DNA of 64,000 bases from Malacoraja senta (lineage: Eukaryota): positions 868,001 through 932,000 of the forward strand of contig CM075991.1 in assembly GCA_038087875.1 (NCBI GenBank), read 5' to 3'. Positions 32,491-46,416 of this stretch are shown here, piece after piece. The position numbers and the translations under genes were made by a program. Within the stretch, counting starts at the first letter, position 1, and every line of letters begins with the position of its first letter. The notes below the pieces were generated by a model. The model searched no databases and was not told the DNA's origin. It saw only the letters and a list, made by a program, of their open reading frames with translations.

Positions 32491-35400
32491 ACATAGAAAC
32501 ATAGAAAATAGGTGCAGGAGTAGGCCATTCGGCCCTTCGAGCCTGCACCGCCATTCGATATGATCATGGCTGATCATCCAACTCCGTATCCTGTACCTGC
32601 TTTCTCTCCATACCCCCTGATCCCTTTAGCCACAAGGGCCACATCTAACTCCCTCTTAAATATAGCCAATGAACTGGCCTCAACTACCTTCTGTGGCAGA
32701 GAATTCCAGAGATTCACCACTCTCTGTGTGAAAAATGTTTTCCTCATCTCGGTCCTAAAAGATTTCCCCCTTATCCTTAAACTGTGACCCCTTGTTCTGG
32801 ACTTCCCCAACATCGGGAACAATCTTCCTACATCTAGCCTGTCCAACCCCTTAAGAATTTTGTACGTTTCTATAAGATCCCCCCTCAATCTTCTAAATTC
32901 TAGCAAGTACAAACCGAGTCTATCCAGTCTTTCTTCATATGAAAGTCCTGACATCCCAGGAATCAGTCTGGTGAACCTTCTCTGTACTCCCTCTATGGCA
33001 AGAATGTCTTTCCTCAGATTAGGAGACCAAAACTGTACGCAATACTCCAGGTGTGGTCTCACCAAGACCCTGTACAACTGCAGTAGAACCTCCCTGCTCC
33101 TATACTCAAATCCTTTTGCTATGAATGCTAACATACCATTCGCCTTCTTCACTGCCTGCTGCACCTGCATGCCTACTTTTAATGACTGGTGTACCATGAC
33201 ACCCAGGTCTCGTTGCATCTCCCCTTTCCCTAATCGGCCACCATTCAGATAATAGTCTACTTTCCTGTTTTTGCCACCAAAGTGGATAACCTCACATTTA
33301 TCCACATTATGCTGCATCTGCCATGCATTTGCCCACTCACCCAGCCTATCCAAGTCACCTTGCAGCCTCCGAGCATCCTCCTCACAGCTAACACTGCCCC
33401 CAGCTTCGTGTCATCCGCAAACTTGGAGATGTTGCATTCAATTCCCTCGTCCAAATCATTAATATATATTGTAAATAGCTCGGGTCCCAGCACTGAGCCT
33501 TGCGGTACCCCACTAGTCACTGCCTGCCATTGTGAAAAGGACCCGTTTACTCCTACTCTTTGCTTCCTGTCTGCCAGCCAGTTCTCTATCCACATCAATA
33601 CTGAACCCCCAATACTGTGTGCTTTAAGTTTGTATACTAATCTCTTATGTGGGACATTGTCGAAAACCTTCTGAAAGTCCAGATATAACATATCCACTGG
33701 TTCTCCCTTATCCACTCCACTAGTACATCCTCGAAAAATTCTATAAGCTTCGTCAGACATGATTTACCTTTCATAAATCCATGCTGACTTTGTCCAATGA
33801 TTTCACCACTTTCCAAATGTGCTGCTATCCCATCTTTAATAACTGATTCTAGCAGTTTCCCCACTACCGACGTTAGACTAACTGGTCTGTAATTCCCCGT
33901 TTTCTCTCTCCCTCCCTTTTTAAAAAGTGGGGTTACATTAGCTACCCTCCAATCCTCAGGAACTACTCCAGAATCTAAAGAGTTTTGAAAACTTATCACT
34001 AATGCATCCACTATTTCTGGGGCTACTTCCTTAAGTACTCTGGGATGCAGCCTATCTGGCCCTTGGGATTTATCGGCCTTTAATCCATTCAATTTACCTA
34101 ACACCACTTCCCGGCTAACCTGGATTTCACTCAGTTCCTCCATCTCATTTGAACCCTGCTATTTCCGGCAGATTATTTATGTCTTCCTTAGTGAAGACTG
34201 AACCAAAGTAGTTATTCAATTGGTCTGCCATGTCCTTGTTCCACATGATCAATTCACCTGTTTCTGACTGCAAGGGACCTACATTTGTTTTAACTAATCT
34301 TTTTCTCTTCACATATCTATAAAAGCTTTTGCAGTCAGTTTTTATGTTCCCTGCCAGTTTTCTTTCATAATCTATTTTCCCTTTCCTATTCAAGCCCTTT
34401 GTCCTCCTCTGCTGGAATTTCTCCCAGTCCTCTGGTAGGCTGCTTTTTCTGGCTAATTTGTACGCTTCATCTTTTGTTTTTGATACTATTCCTGATTTCC
34501 CTTGTTATCCATGGATGCACTACCTTCCCCGATTTATTTTTTTGCCAAACTGGGATGAACAATTGTTGTAGTTCATCCATGCAGTCTTTAAATGCCTTCC
34601 ATTGCATATCTACCGTCAACCCATTAAGAATCAATTGCCAGTCTATCTTGGCCAATTCACTTCTCATACCCTCAAAGTTACCTTTCTTTAAATTCAGGAC
34701 CCTTGTTTCTGAATTAACAATGTCACTCTCCATCCTAATGAAGAACTCAACCATATTATGGTCACTCTTGCCCAAGGGGCCACGCACAACAAGACTGCTA
34801 ATTAACCCTTCCTCATTACTCAATACCCAATCTAGAATAGCCTGCTCTCTCGTTGGTTCCTCTACATGTTGGTTTAGAAAACTATCCCGCATACATTCCA
34901 AGAAATCCTCTTCCTCAGCACCCTTGCCAATTTGATTCACCCAATCTATATGTAGATTGAAGTCACCCATTATAACTGTTTTACCTTTGTTGCACGCATT
35001 TCTAATTTCCTGTTTGATGCCATCCCCAACTCCACTACTACTGTTAGGTGGCCTGTACACAACTCCCACTAGCGTTTTCTGCCCCTTAGTGTTTCGCAGC
35101 TCTACCCATATCGATTCCACATCCTCCAAGCTAATGTCCTTCCTTTCTATTGTGTTAATCTGCTCTCTAACCAGCAATGCTACCCCACCTCCTTTCCCTT
35201 TCTGTCTATCCCTCCGGAATATTGAATATCCCTGGATGTTCAGCTCCCAGCCTTGGTTACCCTGGAGCCATGTCTCCGTGATCCCAATTATATCATAGTC
35301 ATTAATAGCTATCAGCACATTCAACTCATCCACCTTATTACAAATGCTCCTTGCATTGAGACACAACGCCCTCAGGCTTGTTTTTACAACACTCTTACCC

Positions 35401-36982
35401 CTTATACAATTATGTTGAAAAGTGGCCCTTTTTGATTTTTGCCCTGGATTTGTCTGCCTGCCACTTTTACTTTTCACCTTGCTACCTATTGCTTCTACCC
35501 TCATTTTACACCCCTCTGTCTCTACGCTCACACATTTAAGAAACCCTTTCCCTTTAACTCCATCCTCAACTATCCCATTCGACACCCCACCCCCCTTATT
35601 CAGTTTAAAACCACCCGTGTAGCAGTGGCAAACCTGCCTGCCAGAATGCTGGTCCCACACCTGTTAAGATGCAATCTGTCCCTTTTGTAAAGTTCCCCCT
35701 TAATCCAAAAGATCCCAGTGATCTAAGAATCTAAATCCCTGCCCCGTGCACCAGTTCCTCAGCCACACATTCAGGTCCCGTATCTCCCTGATCCTGCTCT
35801 CGCCAGCACAAGGAACTGGAAGCAAACCGGAGATAACAACCCTGGAGGTCCTGCTTTTCAGCATTTTTCCGAGCTCTCTAAAGTAACGCTGCAGAATATT
35901 CATCCCCTTCTTTCCGACATCGTTTGTGCCGACATGCACTACCACTTCCGGCTGTTCACCTTCGCCCTTGAGGATTTTCTGCACTCTGTCCGTGACATGC
36001 TGGATCCTGGCACCAGGAAGGCAGCACACCATCCTCGAATCCTGTCTGTTGCCGCAGAAACCCCTGTCCGTACCTCTCACAATGGAGTCTCCCACTACAA
36101 TGGCGTTGCCCGACTTTGGCCTTTTTGGTTTTGGCTCAACAGCCCTATTCGCATCGCAAGCCAGTCTGCCGCTCAATGTTAAAACGTCTTCTGTCCCGAC
36201 AGCTTCTAAGTGGGCGAACCTGTTCACAAGAGGTACAATACCCGGGGACGTTTGCATTCCATGCTTCCCTCCCTTTCTCACTGTCTCGCACCTTCTCTCT
36301 TCCAGTACCTTAGGGGTAACAATATTACTGTAGGACTTGTCGAGGAACGACTCAGTTTCTTGGACAAACCTGAGGTCATCCACTTGCTTCTCCAGTTCCC
36401 CAACACGGTACTTCAGGAGCTGTACCTGGATGCACTTGTCACATTTGTAGCAGCCAGAGGCACCAGCAGTGTCCTTGGCCTCCCACATACTGCAAGCATC
36501 ACACTGAATCAGCTTGCCTGACATCTCCTTCTTTCATCTCTCCCTCTGCAGTGTTTTGCGTAGCCTCCTCTCCTCAGCCTCCTCGCCGAAGATTCTCGAG
36601 CCAAAGACTCACACTTTTCTCACAGGGCACTTCCCTCACTGCTGCTCCCTAAGAGCAGTCTTGCTTATATTGACTGATAAATTGCCTAAATTACCAATTT
36701 ACAATCCAAATTCCTCAGTTTTCAACTGTTTTCCCCCTGACTCACTTCTCTCCTCCCTCTTGGGCTAGAGCCAATCAGTGTTTTCTCTTGCTAATCTTCT
36801 CCTGCTGTTGCTTCCAAATCTACAGCAACTCTGAGTAAAGTCTGCCTGTGCTTTGCCTCTCCTTTTCAACTGTTTTCCCCCCTCTGACTCACTTCTCTCC
36901 TCCCTCTTGGGCTAGAGCCAATCAGTGTTTTCTCTTGCTAATCTTCTCCTGTTGTTGCTTCCAAATCTACAGCAGCTCTGAG
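32491..36982 (-). mobile_element. Near-full-length CR1 LINE in a TMED4 intron (frameshifted)
   Basis: ORF1 35700-36524 has CxxC..CxxC and an SGNH/GDSL esterase (IVVGDSIVRG, VHVGTNDV). ORF2 pieces: APE (LNARS, GITETW, VYRPP, MGDFN, SDHN) and RT ([23 protein letters not shown]). (ttctatgt)n tail; it splits an older opposite-strand CR1. Confidence 0.95.
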
Positions 36983-38146
36983 ACTGATCCAGAAGATTAA
37001 GATGATTCTTAATTGATGATTAAGATGATTCTGGATTGATGGTGACTTGGTGGTATGTATTCAGAATTGGTTTACTCAAAGCAGACATGTGGTTGTGTCG
37101 AAGAACAATACTCTGGCTAGAGGTCTGTGTCCAGTGGAGTTCCTCAGAGAACTCAGATTCAGATTCAACTTTATTGTCATTGTGCAGTGTACAGTACAGA
37201 GACAACGAAATGCAGTAAACTGTGCTGGGACCCGAGTTATTTGTCATATGAATACATGACTTGGACATAAATCTAGATAGATAGATAGATATTTATTTGT
37301 TGTCATTTGAACCTAAGTTCAAACGAAATTCTGTTTCTGCAGTCATACAAACAAGTAAAAAGAACCAAGACACAACACAATTTACACAAACATCCATCAC
37401 AGTGAATCTCCTCCTCACTGTGATGGAAGGCAAAGTCTTATCTCTCCCCTGCACTTTACAGACGACACCAAGATTGCTAGAGTTGCGGGCAGTGAGGAAG
37501 GCTGTCAAAGTATACAGTGGGATATAGATCACCTACAGAAACGGGAAATGGAGTTTAATCCCAGCAAGTACGATGTGTTGCACTTTGGGTGGTCGAAGGT
37601 AAGGGGAAAGTATATGTTTGATGGCAAGACTCTTAACAGCATTGATCTGCAGGGGGATCTTGTGGTCCAGGTCCTTAACATCCTCTAAGTGGCAAACACA
37701 AGCAGGTAGAGTGGTAAAGAATGCATGTGGCATGCTTGCTTTCATAGGTATAGAGTATAAGAGTCAGGAAGTCATGATGCAGCTTTATAGGACACCATTC
37801 AGATAATAATCTGCTTTCTTGTTCTTGCTACCAGACTGGATAGCCTCACATTTATCCACATGCTGCATTTGGAGCATTGTGTGCAGTTCTGGTCACCCCA
37901 TTACAGGAAGAATGTAGAGAGGGTGCAGAGGAGGTTTATCAGATTGAGGCCTAAATGAACAAGTATTAGCTACAGGGAGAGGTTGGACAAACTTGGGTTG
38001 TTTTTTTCTGTGGATTGCTTAAAAGTATATAAAATAATGAGGCATAGAGGAGTCAGAGCTTTTTCCTCCCAGGGTGGCAATATCAAAGACTAGAGGGCAT
38101 AACTTTAAGGAAAGCGGGGCAATGTTTAAAGGAGATATACAGGGCA

Positions 38147-39075
38147 ATAGACAATAGACAATAGGTGCAGGAGTAGGCCATTTGGCCCTTCGAGCCAGCA
38201 CCGCCATTTAATGTGATCATGGCTGATCATCCCCAATCAGTACCCCGTTCCTGCCTTCTCCCCATATCCCCTGACTCCGCTATTTTAAGAGCCCTATCTA
38301 GCTCTCTCTTGAAAGCATCCAGAGAACCTCCCTCCACCGCCCTCTGAGGCAGAGAATTCCACAGACTCACCACTCTCTGTGAAAAAAAAGTGTTTCCTCG
38401 TCTCCGTTCTAAATGGTTTACTCCTTATTCTTAAACTGTGGCCCCTGGTTCTGGACTCCCCCAACATCGGGAACATGTTTCCTGCCTCTAGCGTGTCCAA
38501 GCCCTTAACAATCTTATATGTTTCAATGAGATACCCTCTCATCCTTCTAAACTCCAGAGTGTACAAGCCCAGCTGCTCCATTCTCTCAGCATATGACAGT
38601 CCCGCCATCCCGGGAATTAACCTTGTAAACCTACGCTGCACTCCCTCAATAGCAAGAATGTCCTTCCTCAAATTAGGGGACCAAAACTGCACACAATACT
38701 CCAGGTGTGGTCTCACTAGGGCTCTGTACAACTGCAGAAGGACCTCTTTGCTCCTATATTCGATTCCTCTTGTTATAAAGGCCAACATGCCATTCGCTTT
38801 CTTCACTGCCTGCTGTACCTGCATGCTTACTTTCATAGACTGATGTACAAGGACCCCCAGATCCCGTTGTACTTCTCCTTTTCCCAACTTGGCGCCATTT
38901 AGATAGTAATCTGCCTTCCCGTTTTTGCTACCAAAGTGGATAACCTCACATTTATCCGCATTAAACTTCATCTGCCATGCCTGCCCACTCCCCCAACCTG
39001 TCCAAGTCATCCTGCATTCTTATAGCATTCTCCTCACAGTTCACACTGCCACCCAGCTTTGTGTCATCTGCAAAT
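38147..39075 (-). mobile_element. CR1 LINE 3' fragment
   Basis: ORF 38294-39010 [16 protein letters not shown]...LVRPHLEYCVQFWSP; (tctattg)n tail. Confidence 0.9.
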
Positions 39076-39460
39076 TTTTTTTCCACAGGCAAAGGTAAAT
39101 GCCTGGAATGTGCTGCTGGGGGTGGATATACAATAGTGGCATTTAAGAGGTTTCAGATAGGCACATGGATATGAAAGGAATGAAAGGGTACATGCAGGGA
39201 CTGGAGATTAGTTTAACCTGGCATCACGTTGGGCACAATATTGGCTGAAGAGAAGAGGAAGTGCGTGCAGAACAGAGGATACTCCAGTTACTGGGGGAGT
39301 TGCCCAAGTCCAGCCTACAGTACACATTCCACTTCCTCTAGTTCACTGTTCCTCGTTTCACTTTGAGGTAAGCAACAAGGCAGTTGTAACATAAGCCGCT
39401 GAAAACTCAGACAGGCTTCTATTGAGATAACATACCAAGCACCCAATGTCCAGCTCTTAC

Positions 39461-39585
39461 CAGCTTGCCACCTGCAAACAGTGTCATCTTTGTCGAGTTG
39501 GAGTGGAGGCAGATCTGGTGCTCGCCGGGAGTGTGCGAGGTGAAGGTGAATCTTCCCTCCGAGCCGTACTGCGGGACAGGATCAC
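39461..39585 (-). CDS. TMED4: TMED4 exon 3 (GOLD domain), 125 bp, apparent 1-bp deletion
   Basis: ttcgcag| VILSR-(frameshift)[37 protein letters not shown] |gtaaga. Confidence 0.88.
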
Positions 39586-39992
39586 CTGCGAAGTGGAAGC
39601 AAAGGTCAGACTAGTGAAGGACACAGCAACTCACCACTTGGGGTTCAATCAGCATTCCCCGTGGGAAGGGAACAACTCTACACCTGGAATGAACGATTTA
39701 GCAAAAAAGACAGAGTGCTGGAGTAACTCAGCGGGTCAGGCAGCATCTGTGGAGAACATGGAGAGGTGACGTTTCAGACTGCTGGAGTAACTCAGCAGGT
39801 CAGGCAGCATCTGTGGAGAACATGGAAGGGTGGTATGTCGGGTCGGGGCCCTTCTTCAGACCAGAGTCAAAATATCACCCATGTTCTCCAGAGTTGCTGC
39901 CCAGTCCGTTGAGTTACTCCAAGACTTTTCCCTTCACAGGTAACGGATGTGGAGTTAATATTCTGCACTCTCACTATCGCAGAAGCAAGGAC

Positions 39993-40192
39993 NNNNNNNN
40001 NNNNNNNNNNNNNNNNNNNNNNNNNNNNNNNNNNNNNNNNNNNNNNNNNNNNNNNNNNNNNNNNNNNNNNNNNNNNNNNNNNNNNNNNNNNNNNNNNNNN
40101 NNNNNNNNNNNNNNNNNNNNNNNNNNNNNNNNNNNNNNNNNNNNNNNNNNNNNNNNNNNNNNNNNNNNNNNNNNNNNNNNNNNNNNNNNNNN
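39993..40192. other. Assembly gap (200 N)
   Basis: Run of exactly 200 N, likely a placeholder of unknown true size. Confidence 0.99.
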
Positions 40193-43100
40193 CACCTGGA
40201 ACGGCCACCTCCTTACTCAAGACCCCGCAGCTTCTGAAGCCAACAGGCCGCGCTGGATGGAGCTCCACCACTGACGATCTCGGCGAGAGATCCCAGGCTC
40301 CCGTTGTTAAAGTTCAGCACCGCCGCCCGCAGACCCGCAGTAACCTGACACGACCCGCAGTGTAATCAACGTTGGGGGAGAACAGTTTGTGTTAATAAAT
40401 TATAATTCTGAAAATGAGAAGATTTTTACCAAATAACTTTTATTTTTACGAGGATGTTTCCTTAACCGGCTTCCGTCTCCACACTAGTATCTTTGCTGCT
40501 GTGGGATCTTTGGTGTGCAGACGGAAGACGGAAGACGGTTACGGAAATGGGGCCGAAAATTACCGATGAATCTGCCCATGACTGTACTACGTCTTTTTCG
40601 TCAAGTGATCTATCTTGCTTGCTATAGGATCTTTGCTGATGAGTAGGTGCCACGGCTACCACGCGCATGCGCTCTGGATGACCTTTGCACTTGCTTTGTC
40701 AACTCTTTCAAGCAAAGATTATGCTTTCAAGAGTCAAGAGGTCGAGCCTGAAACGTCACCCATTCCTTCTCTCCAGAGACGCTCCCTGTCCCGCTAATTT
40801 ACACCAGCATTTTGTGTCTATCTGCGGTTTAAACCAGCAACTGCAGTTCCTTCCCACACAAGTCAAAGATTGCCAATGAACCGCAACGGAACAACGAACT
40901 CTTTCCAGGCAGCAACGCAACACATATGCAAATACAGAACTCAATAGATAACATAATTTAACGAAAAAATGAAGTTCAATAAATAAATAAAAATCCTAAT
41001 GTTAAGATAAAACAAAACCTTCCTATCTCCAACTCGGCAATCTTTGTGTCGTCTGCAAACGTACTAATCAGCCCTCCAACATTTTCATCCAAATCATTTC
41101 TATATAATGCAGACTTTCAGCCAGAACAATAGCCTTCCACCATGCCAATTTTGAATCTAATCTACCAAGTCTCCTTGAGTCGCATGTGTCTAAATCTTCT
41201 GGATCAGCCTACCATGAGGGATCGAGTCAAGAGCTTTACTAATGTCCATGTACATAAAACCCCCTGCATCCACTGCCCTCCCCTATCTATCATCTTCATC
41301 ACCTCCTCTAAAAACCCATGACCTTCCCCCGCACAAAGGCACACTGACTGTCCCCAATAAGTCTTTGCTTTTCCAGATGCAAGTAGATCATATCCCTGGA
41401 ATATTCTCTAATAATTTCCCTGCCACTTATGTAAAGCACTTGGGCCTTTAATATAGGAGGTAGACACAAATGCTGGAGGAACTCAGCGGGTGAGGCAGCA
41501 TCTATGGAGCGAAGGAAATAGGTAACGTTTCGGGTCGAGATCCTTGTTTATCTCTCAGAGGAAGAAACTTTGCTCTGCTCCAGTCCACACAGGACTAATG
41601 AAAAGAAGGGAGAGTTGTTTTATGGCGCCTATGACACCTCATTCATGACACGCTAATGCATATTTTATGTAGGAAGTGCAGTGGCATTTTGCAGAAAGGA
41701 AACACGAGCAAAAATTAGACAAGGATGAAATGAAATGTATTCAGAAATTTACACTCGCCAGGACAAGCCATAATTCCTTAGCTCTCTATAAAAAAGAGTA
41801 CCATGGGACCTAAGCAGAGAGTTGGAGCGTTGTACAGCATAGAAACAGGTCCTTCAGTCCACCAGGTCCATGCTGATCATTTTGCTCACCAACGCTAATC
41901 CCATTTGACAGCATTATCCTAGTACCTTTGTGTACAGGGGGAATGGGGATAACCCAGAAAGTGAGCCTCACGTGACTGATAGGAAGCTATCGCAGAGTGT
42001 TTGTCACCTAACCACCCTGGCCACACCACCCCACACCACCCTGGCCACAGGACTCACACCACCCTGGCCACACACTCACGCCACCCTGGCCACACTCATT
42101 TTACCCCTGCCATCGGGAAGAAGGTACAGGAACCTGAAAAATGTAAAGTCCACGTTCAGGAACAGCTTTTTCCCTACATCCATTAGGCCATTAAACGCTA
42201 CAACCTCAAATATGCTCTGAATTACATGGACTATTATTGTTATTAATGCACTATTACTGTTTGTTTGCGCGTGTGTGTATATACACAAACTGAACTTTTT
42301 GTTTCTCGTTTATTATATTGTTTCCAGTGCACTGTGTTTACAAATTCTGTTGTGCTGCTGCAAGTAAGAATGTCATTGTTCTATCTGGGACATATGACAA
42401 TGAAACACTCTTGACTCTTGATGCATTTACTCACATTTGGAAGAGAACGGGATAATTAGAGATACTCAGTTGAGCTTTAATGAGGCAGGTCATGACATGA
42501 ACTTGTTTTGAGGTTTTTGAGGAGGTGACAGAGGTGATTGATGCTTGTAGGGTGGTCAATGTTGTCCACATGGATTTTAGCAAAGACCTTCAAGCTAGGC
42601 TGATCCAGAAGAATAAGATGAATGGGATTTACTGCGATTTGGTGAATTAGGAACTGGACAATCTGTGGAAGTGTGTTATTCTGGTTGGAGGTCTGTGGCC
42701 AGTGGAGGCCCACAGGGATCTGTGTTGGGACCTCTGCTACTTGTGATATATCAATGACATAGAGAAAAATGTAGATGAGTTGGTTTGTAAGTTTTCAAAC
42801 AACACAAAAATTGGTGGAAATGCTGACAGTGAAGAAAGCTGTCAAAGGCTACAGCGGGATATAGTTACAGGTAGAGAAATGGCAGATTGCATTTAATCTG
42901 AGTCAGCGTGAGATGTTCACTTTGAGAGGTCAAATGTAAGGGGAAAGTATACAGTTAATGTCAGAGCGGAAATTGGACAAACTTTAATTATTTTTCTCTG
43001 GAGTGTTGAAGGTTAAGGAGAAACCTGATAGAAGTATATAAAATTATGAGAGGCACAGTAGACAGTAGAGCAGGGTGGAAATGCAAAGACTAGAGGTTTA

Positions 43101-44043
43101 AAGTCAGAGGGGTAAAATTCAAAGATGCGGGTGGCATGTTTTCTACACAGAGTGGCAGGTCCCTGGTTATCAAATAGGTGGCTGCACAGTCTTTTGGTTA
43201 TCCCAGCTGTAATCTAAGTTCATAGGAAGAGATGTGTAGGAAGAAACTGCAGATGCTGGTTTAAACCGACGATAGATACAAAATGCTGGAGTAAGGACCT
43301 GTCCGACTTAGCCCATTTTTTAGGCGACTACAGGCGACTAGCCTGTCGCCACATGGTCGCCGGGGTGTTGCCTGTATGGTTGTGAGTCGTCTCCTCAGTC
43401 GCCAAAAGAGTCGTAGTGTCTTCTGGTCACCGTTGGATTTTCAACATGTTGAAACATTTTCAGATACAATCGGCAACAGTGGGTTTGACGCCAATGAGCA
43501 TAGCTTGACTTCTCCTGACGTAGGTGCTGTCGTAGTTGTCGCCAGGTGACGTCGGTTGTTGCTGGTGCTGACTTTGTATTTTTTTGTTAAAGTAATGATT
43601 CTATTTCAAATTTTATGTCGAAGGGGGAGTCCAGTCGCTGGTTTTTCGGCGACCTGCTACGACTATGACAGTCGCCGGAGGTCGCCTAAAAATAGCCTAA
43701 GTGGGACAAGCCCTTTAGTGGGACAGGCAGCATCTCTGGAGAGAAGGAATGGGTGATGTTTTGGGTCGAGACCGACCGACCCACTGAGTTACTCCAGCAT
43801 TTAGTATCTTCATATGAAGACGTCTGTGCGTGGCAACATCAGGTATTTCCAATATCTATCACAATCACCCATACAGGTTGTTAAATATAGATCAAAACAG
43901 CTGATTGGTGAATGGAGTCAAAAGGTTGAATGTATACTGTCCGATGTGACCATGACATTAACATCTGCCCGCTTTACCATTGATTTTAATTACTTTGAAT
44001 AAAGAGAATATATGACTGACAACTCAAAACAAAGTGTGAGATT

Positions 44044-44049
44044 TTTATT
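44044..44049 (-). other. Putative polyadenylation signal of the NT5DC4-like gene
   Basis: AATAAA on - at the end of an AT-rich 3'UTR-like stretch about 2.3 kb beyond the stop at 46363. Confidence 0.4.
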
Positions 44050-46362
44050 TTTATAATTGAAAAATGATCTTTCTATATACTGTAGAACATAATGAAATAT
44101 CAGCAGTTACAAACAATCAAAAGCACAATAATCTTTAATAAAAATAGAAAATGCTTGAAATTTATGTTACCAAATAGTGTGATCAGTTTTAAACTCTTCA
44201 AAAGAAACCATGGAAACCAATGCTTACTGTACAAACACATTGTGACATTAAAACTCATCCCACCCTGTTTCTGTCAGCAAAAAGTCTCCTCAGAATTTAT
44301 GTCCTGAGCAGGTGAGATATTTAGCACTAGATATTACAGGCATAGTGATTTTTACATTAAATATAAGAAGATAGACACAAAAAGCTGGAGTAACTCAGCG
44401 GGATAGGCAGCATCTCTGGAGAGAAGGAATGGGCGTATATACAGTATGTGTGTGTATATTATTGTGTGTATGTATGAATAGACACACATATATGTACATA
44501 CACACACACAAAGTTCTCTCCAGAGATGCTGCCTGACCGGCTGAGTTACTCCAGTTTTTTGTGTTAATTTTCGGTTTAAACCAGCATCTGCAGTTCCTTC
44601 TTATCTTTACATTAAATGTATTGTTTAAATCCTAGAATTCATTAAAGTTACAACCATTACTTGTACAGCACCTTAAAAGTGTAAAATGCCCCTGTCCTGA
44701 GGGGATACCAGGGCAGGTGACCAAGAGCTTGTCGAGGAAGTAGATTCAGGAAAGGAATGGTATAGAGAGGGGCTGACAGTGTAACCACAATGATGAAGAG
44801 ATTGAAATGAGGGATACATGAGAAACTAAGTCAGGGTAGCTCAGACATCTCAGTGGGCTGCAGAGCTGAAGGGTTTTGTTGGGGTAGAGAGGAGTGAGAC
44901 CAGGAAAGTGTTGGAAGATAACATGAGAAGTGTGAAACTGCAGAGGAGGCACAGGAATGAATGGACTATGCTGGCAGCAAGGGTTGACCTCGATGGAGTG
45001 TGACATATTCACTCACTAATCTATCGGCCAATGTTGAGCAAGGGGGCTTTGGATACACAGAGAATGGAGGGACATGGATCATGTGCAGGCAGATAAGAGA
45101 TGGTCTTGGCATCGTGTTCGGCACAGACATTGTGGGCCGAAGGGCCTATTCTAGTGCTGTACAGTTCTTTGTTTCACATTCTATGTTAAACTGCTGCACA
45201 GGTCTCTGGGTATCTGTGTAGTTAATGCTTAGTGGGATATCTGGAAAGGAATCAATTCTTGGAGCCCCACTGCAATAACTGCCAGGGATTTTTCTAATAT
45301 TGTAAAAAAAAAAGTAAAATGCTGGAAATACTCAGGTCAGGTGAGAGAACAGGAAGGTCAGCAAAAACCTGAAACATACCCTGCTTCTTGCTCCAGAGAT
45401 GCTGCCTAACCTGTGAGTGTTTCCATCATTCTGTGTTGTTATTCAACGTTCAACTACATCAGATTATACGTATCCATGAGAAATATAAGGGCGGCACCGT
45501 GCCGCAGCTGGTAAAACCGCTGGCTCACAGCGCCAACACCCCAGGTTCAACCCTCGCCTTCAGGGCTGACTGTGTGGAGTTTGCACGTTCTCACTGTGAC
45601 TGCACGGGTTTCCTCCGGGTGCTCAGCTCTCCCACATACTAAAGAAATGTGAGATGGTGGGCTAATGGGCAACGTTAAACTGATCATGGTGTGTAGGTGA
45701 GGGGCAGAAGCTGGGGGCAGTTGATGAGAATGTGGGGAGAGTGGTCTGAGTGCAGCATTGGTGTAAATGGTTGCCTGAAGGTTGGTCGAAGGGCTTCTAA
45801 TGTGCTTTGAAGATTTTACACTTGAACAGGTTTCCATGCTGCATTTCGTTCTCGCATTTGTTCCTAAATCCATATTACCCCAAATCGGAGCTCCCTGCAA
45901 CCTTCCGTCTGCTCACCCTTCCTTACAGTGAGGTGCAGGATGATGCAACATGCACTTTGGAGGCAAGATCGTCAAATCGCATGGGATTCATGTGCAGGAA
46001 ATTCATCATAACATCAGTACACTTTGTGAAGGTTGACTAATACAGTGTGAGAACAGATCGAGTTGCTGAATAATTATCACCCTATGCTGATTATAATGTT
46101 ACAGTAAACATGTTCTTGTATTGCTAAAGGTCTCTGTTACAATGGGCAGTGCACCAGCTTGTAGAACAATACTTTGGTCAATCTGACTCGCTGGTTGTAA
46201 TGAGAAAACTTTCAGGATACCCGGCTGTAAACAATCGCTGAGGATCAATGTTCCCGTTGGATCACCAACATCCCGCCAGCTCGCTTCACATGTTTTACTT
46301 TTGGAAATCAGGGAATCTTTCCTAAAGCTAATGAATCAACACCATCAGGAAACGGAATCTTC

Positions 46363-46416
46363 TTACTTCTCTTCCTCCTCGATGCTTTCGTCAAGTTCAT
46401 AACTGTTACAAGAACC
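46363..46416 (-). CDS. NT5DC4: NT5DC4/NT5C2-like last coding exon (acidic tail)
   Basis: ttttcccaacatctag| GSCNSYELDESIEEEEK*; phase 0, in frame with the previous exon; acidic C-terminus as in cN-II. Confidence 0.7.
   Translation of the reverse strand, partial: GSCNSYELDESIEEEEK

Noticed and set aside
35700..36524. Stand-alone GDSL/SGNH esterase gene
   Set aside because: It is CR1 ORF1, directly upstream of APE-RT ORF2.
28246..39585. TMED9 as gene identity
   Set aside because: [24 protein letters not shown] and SIAQT fit TMED4 better.
39813..40365. ORFs spanning X runs
   Set aside because: Artefacts of the N gap.
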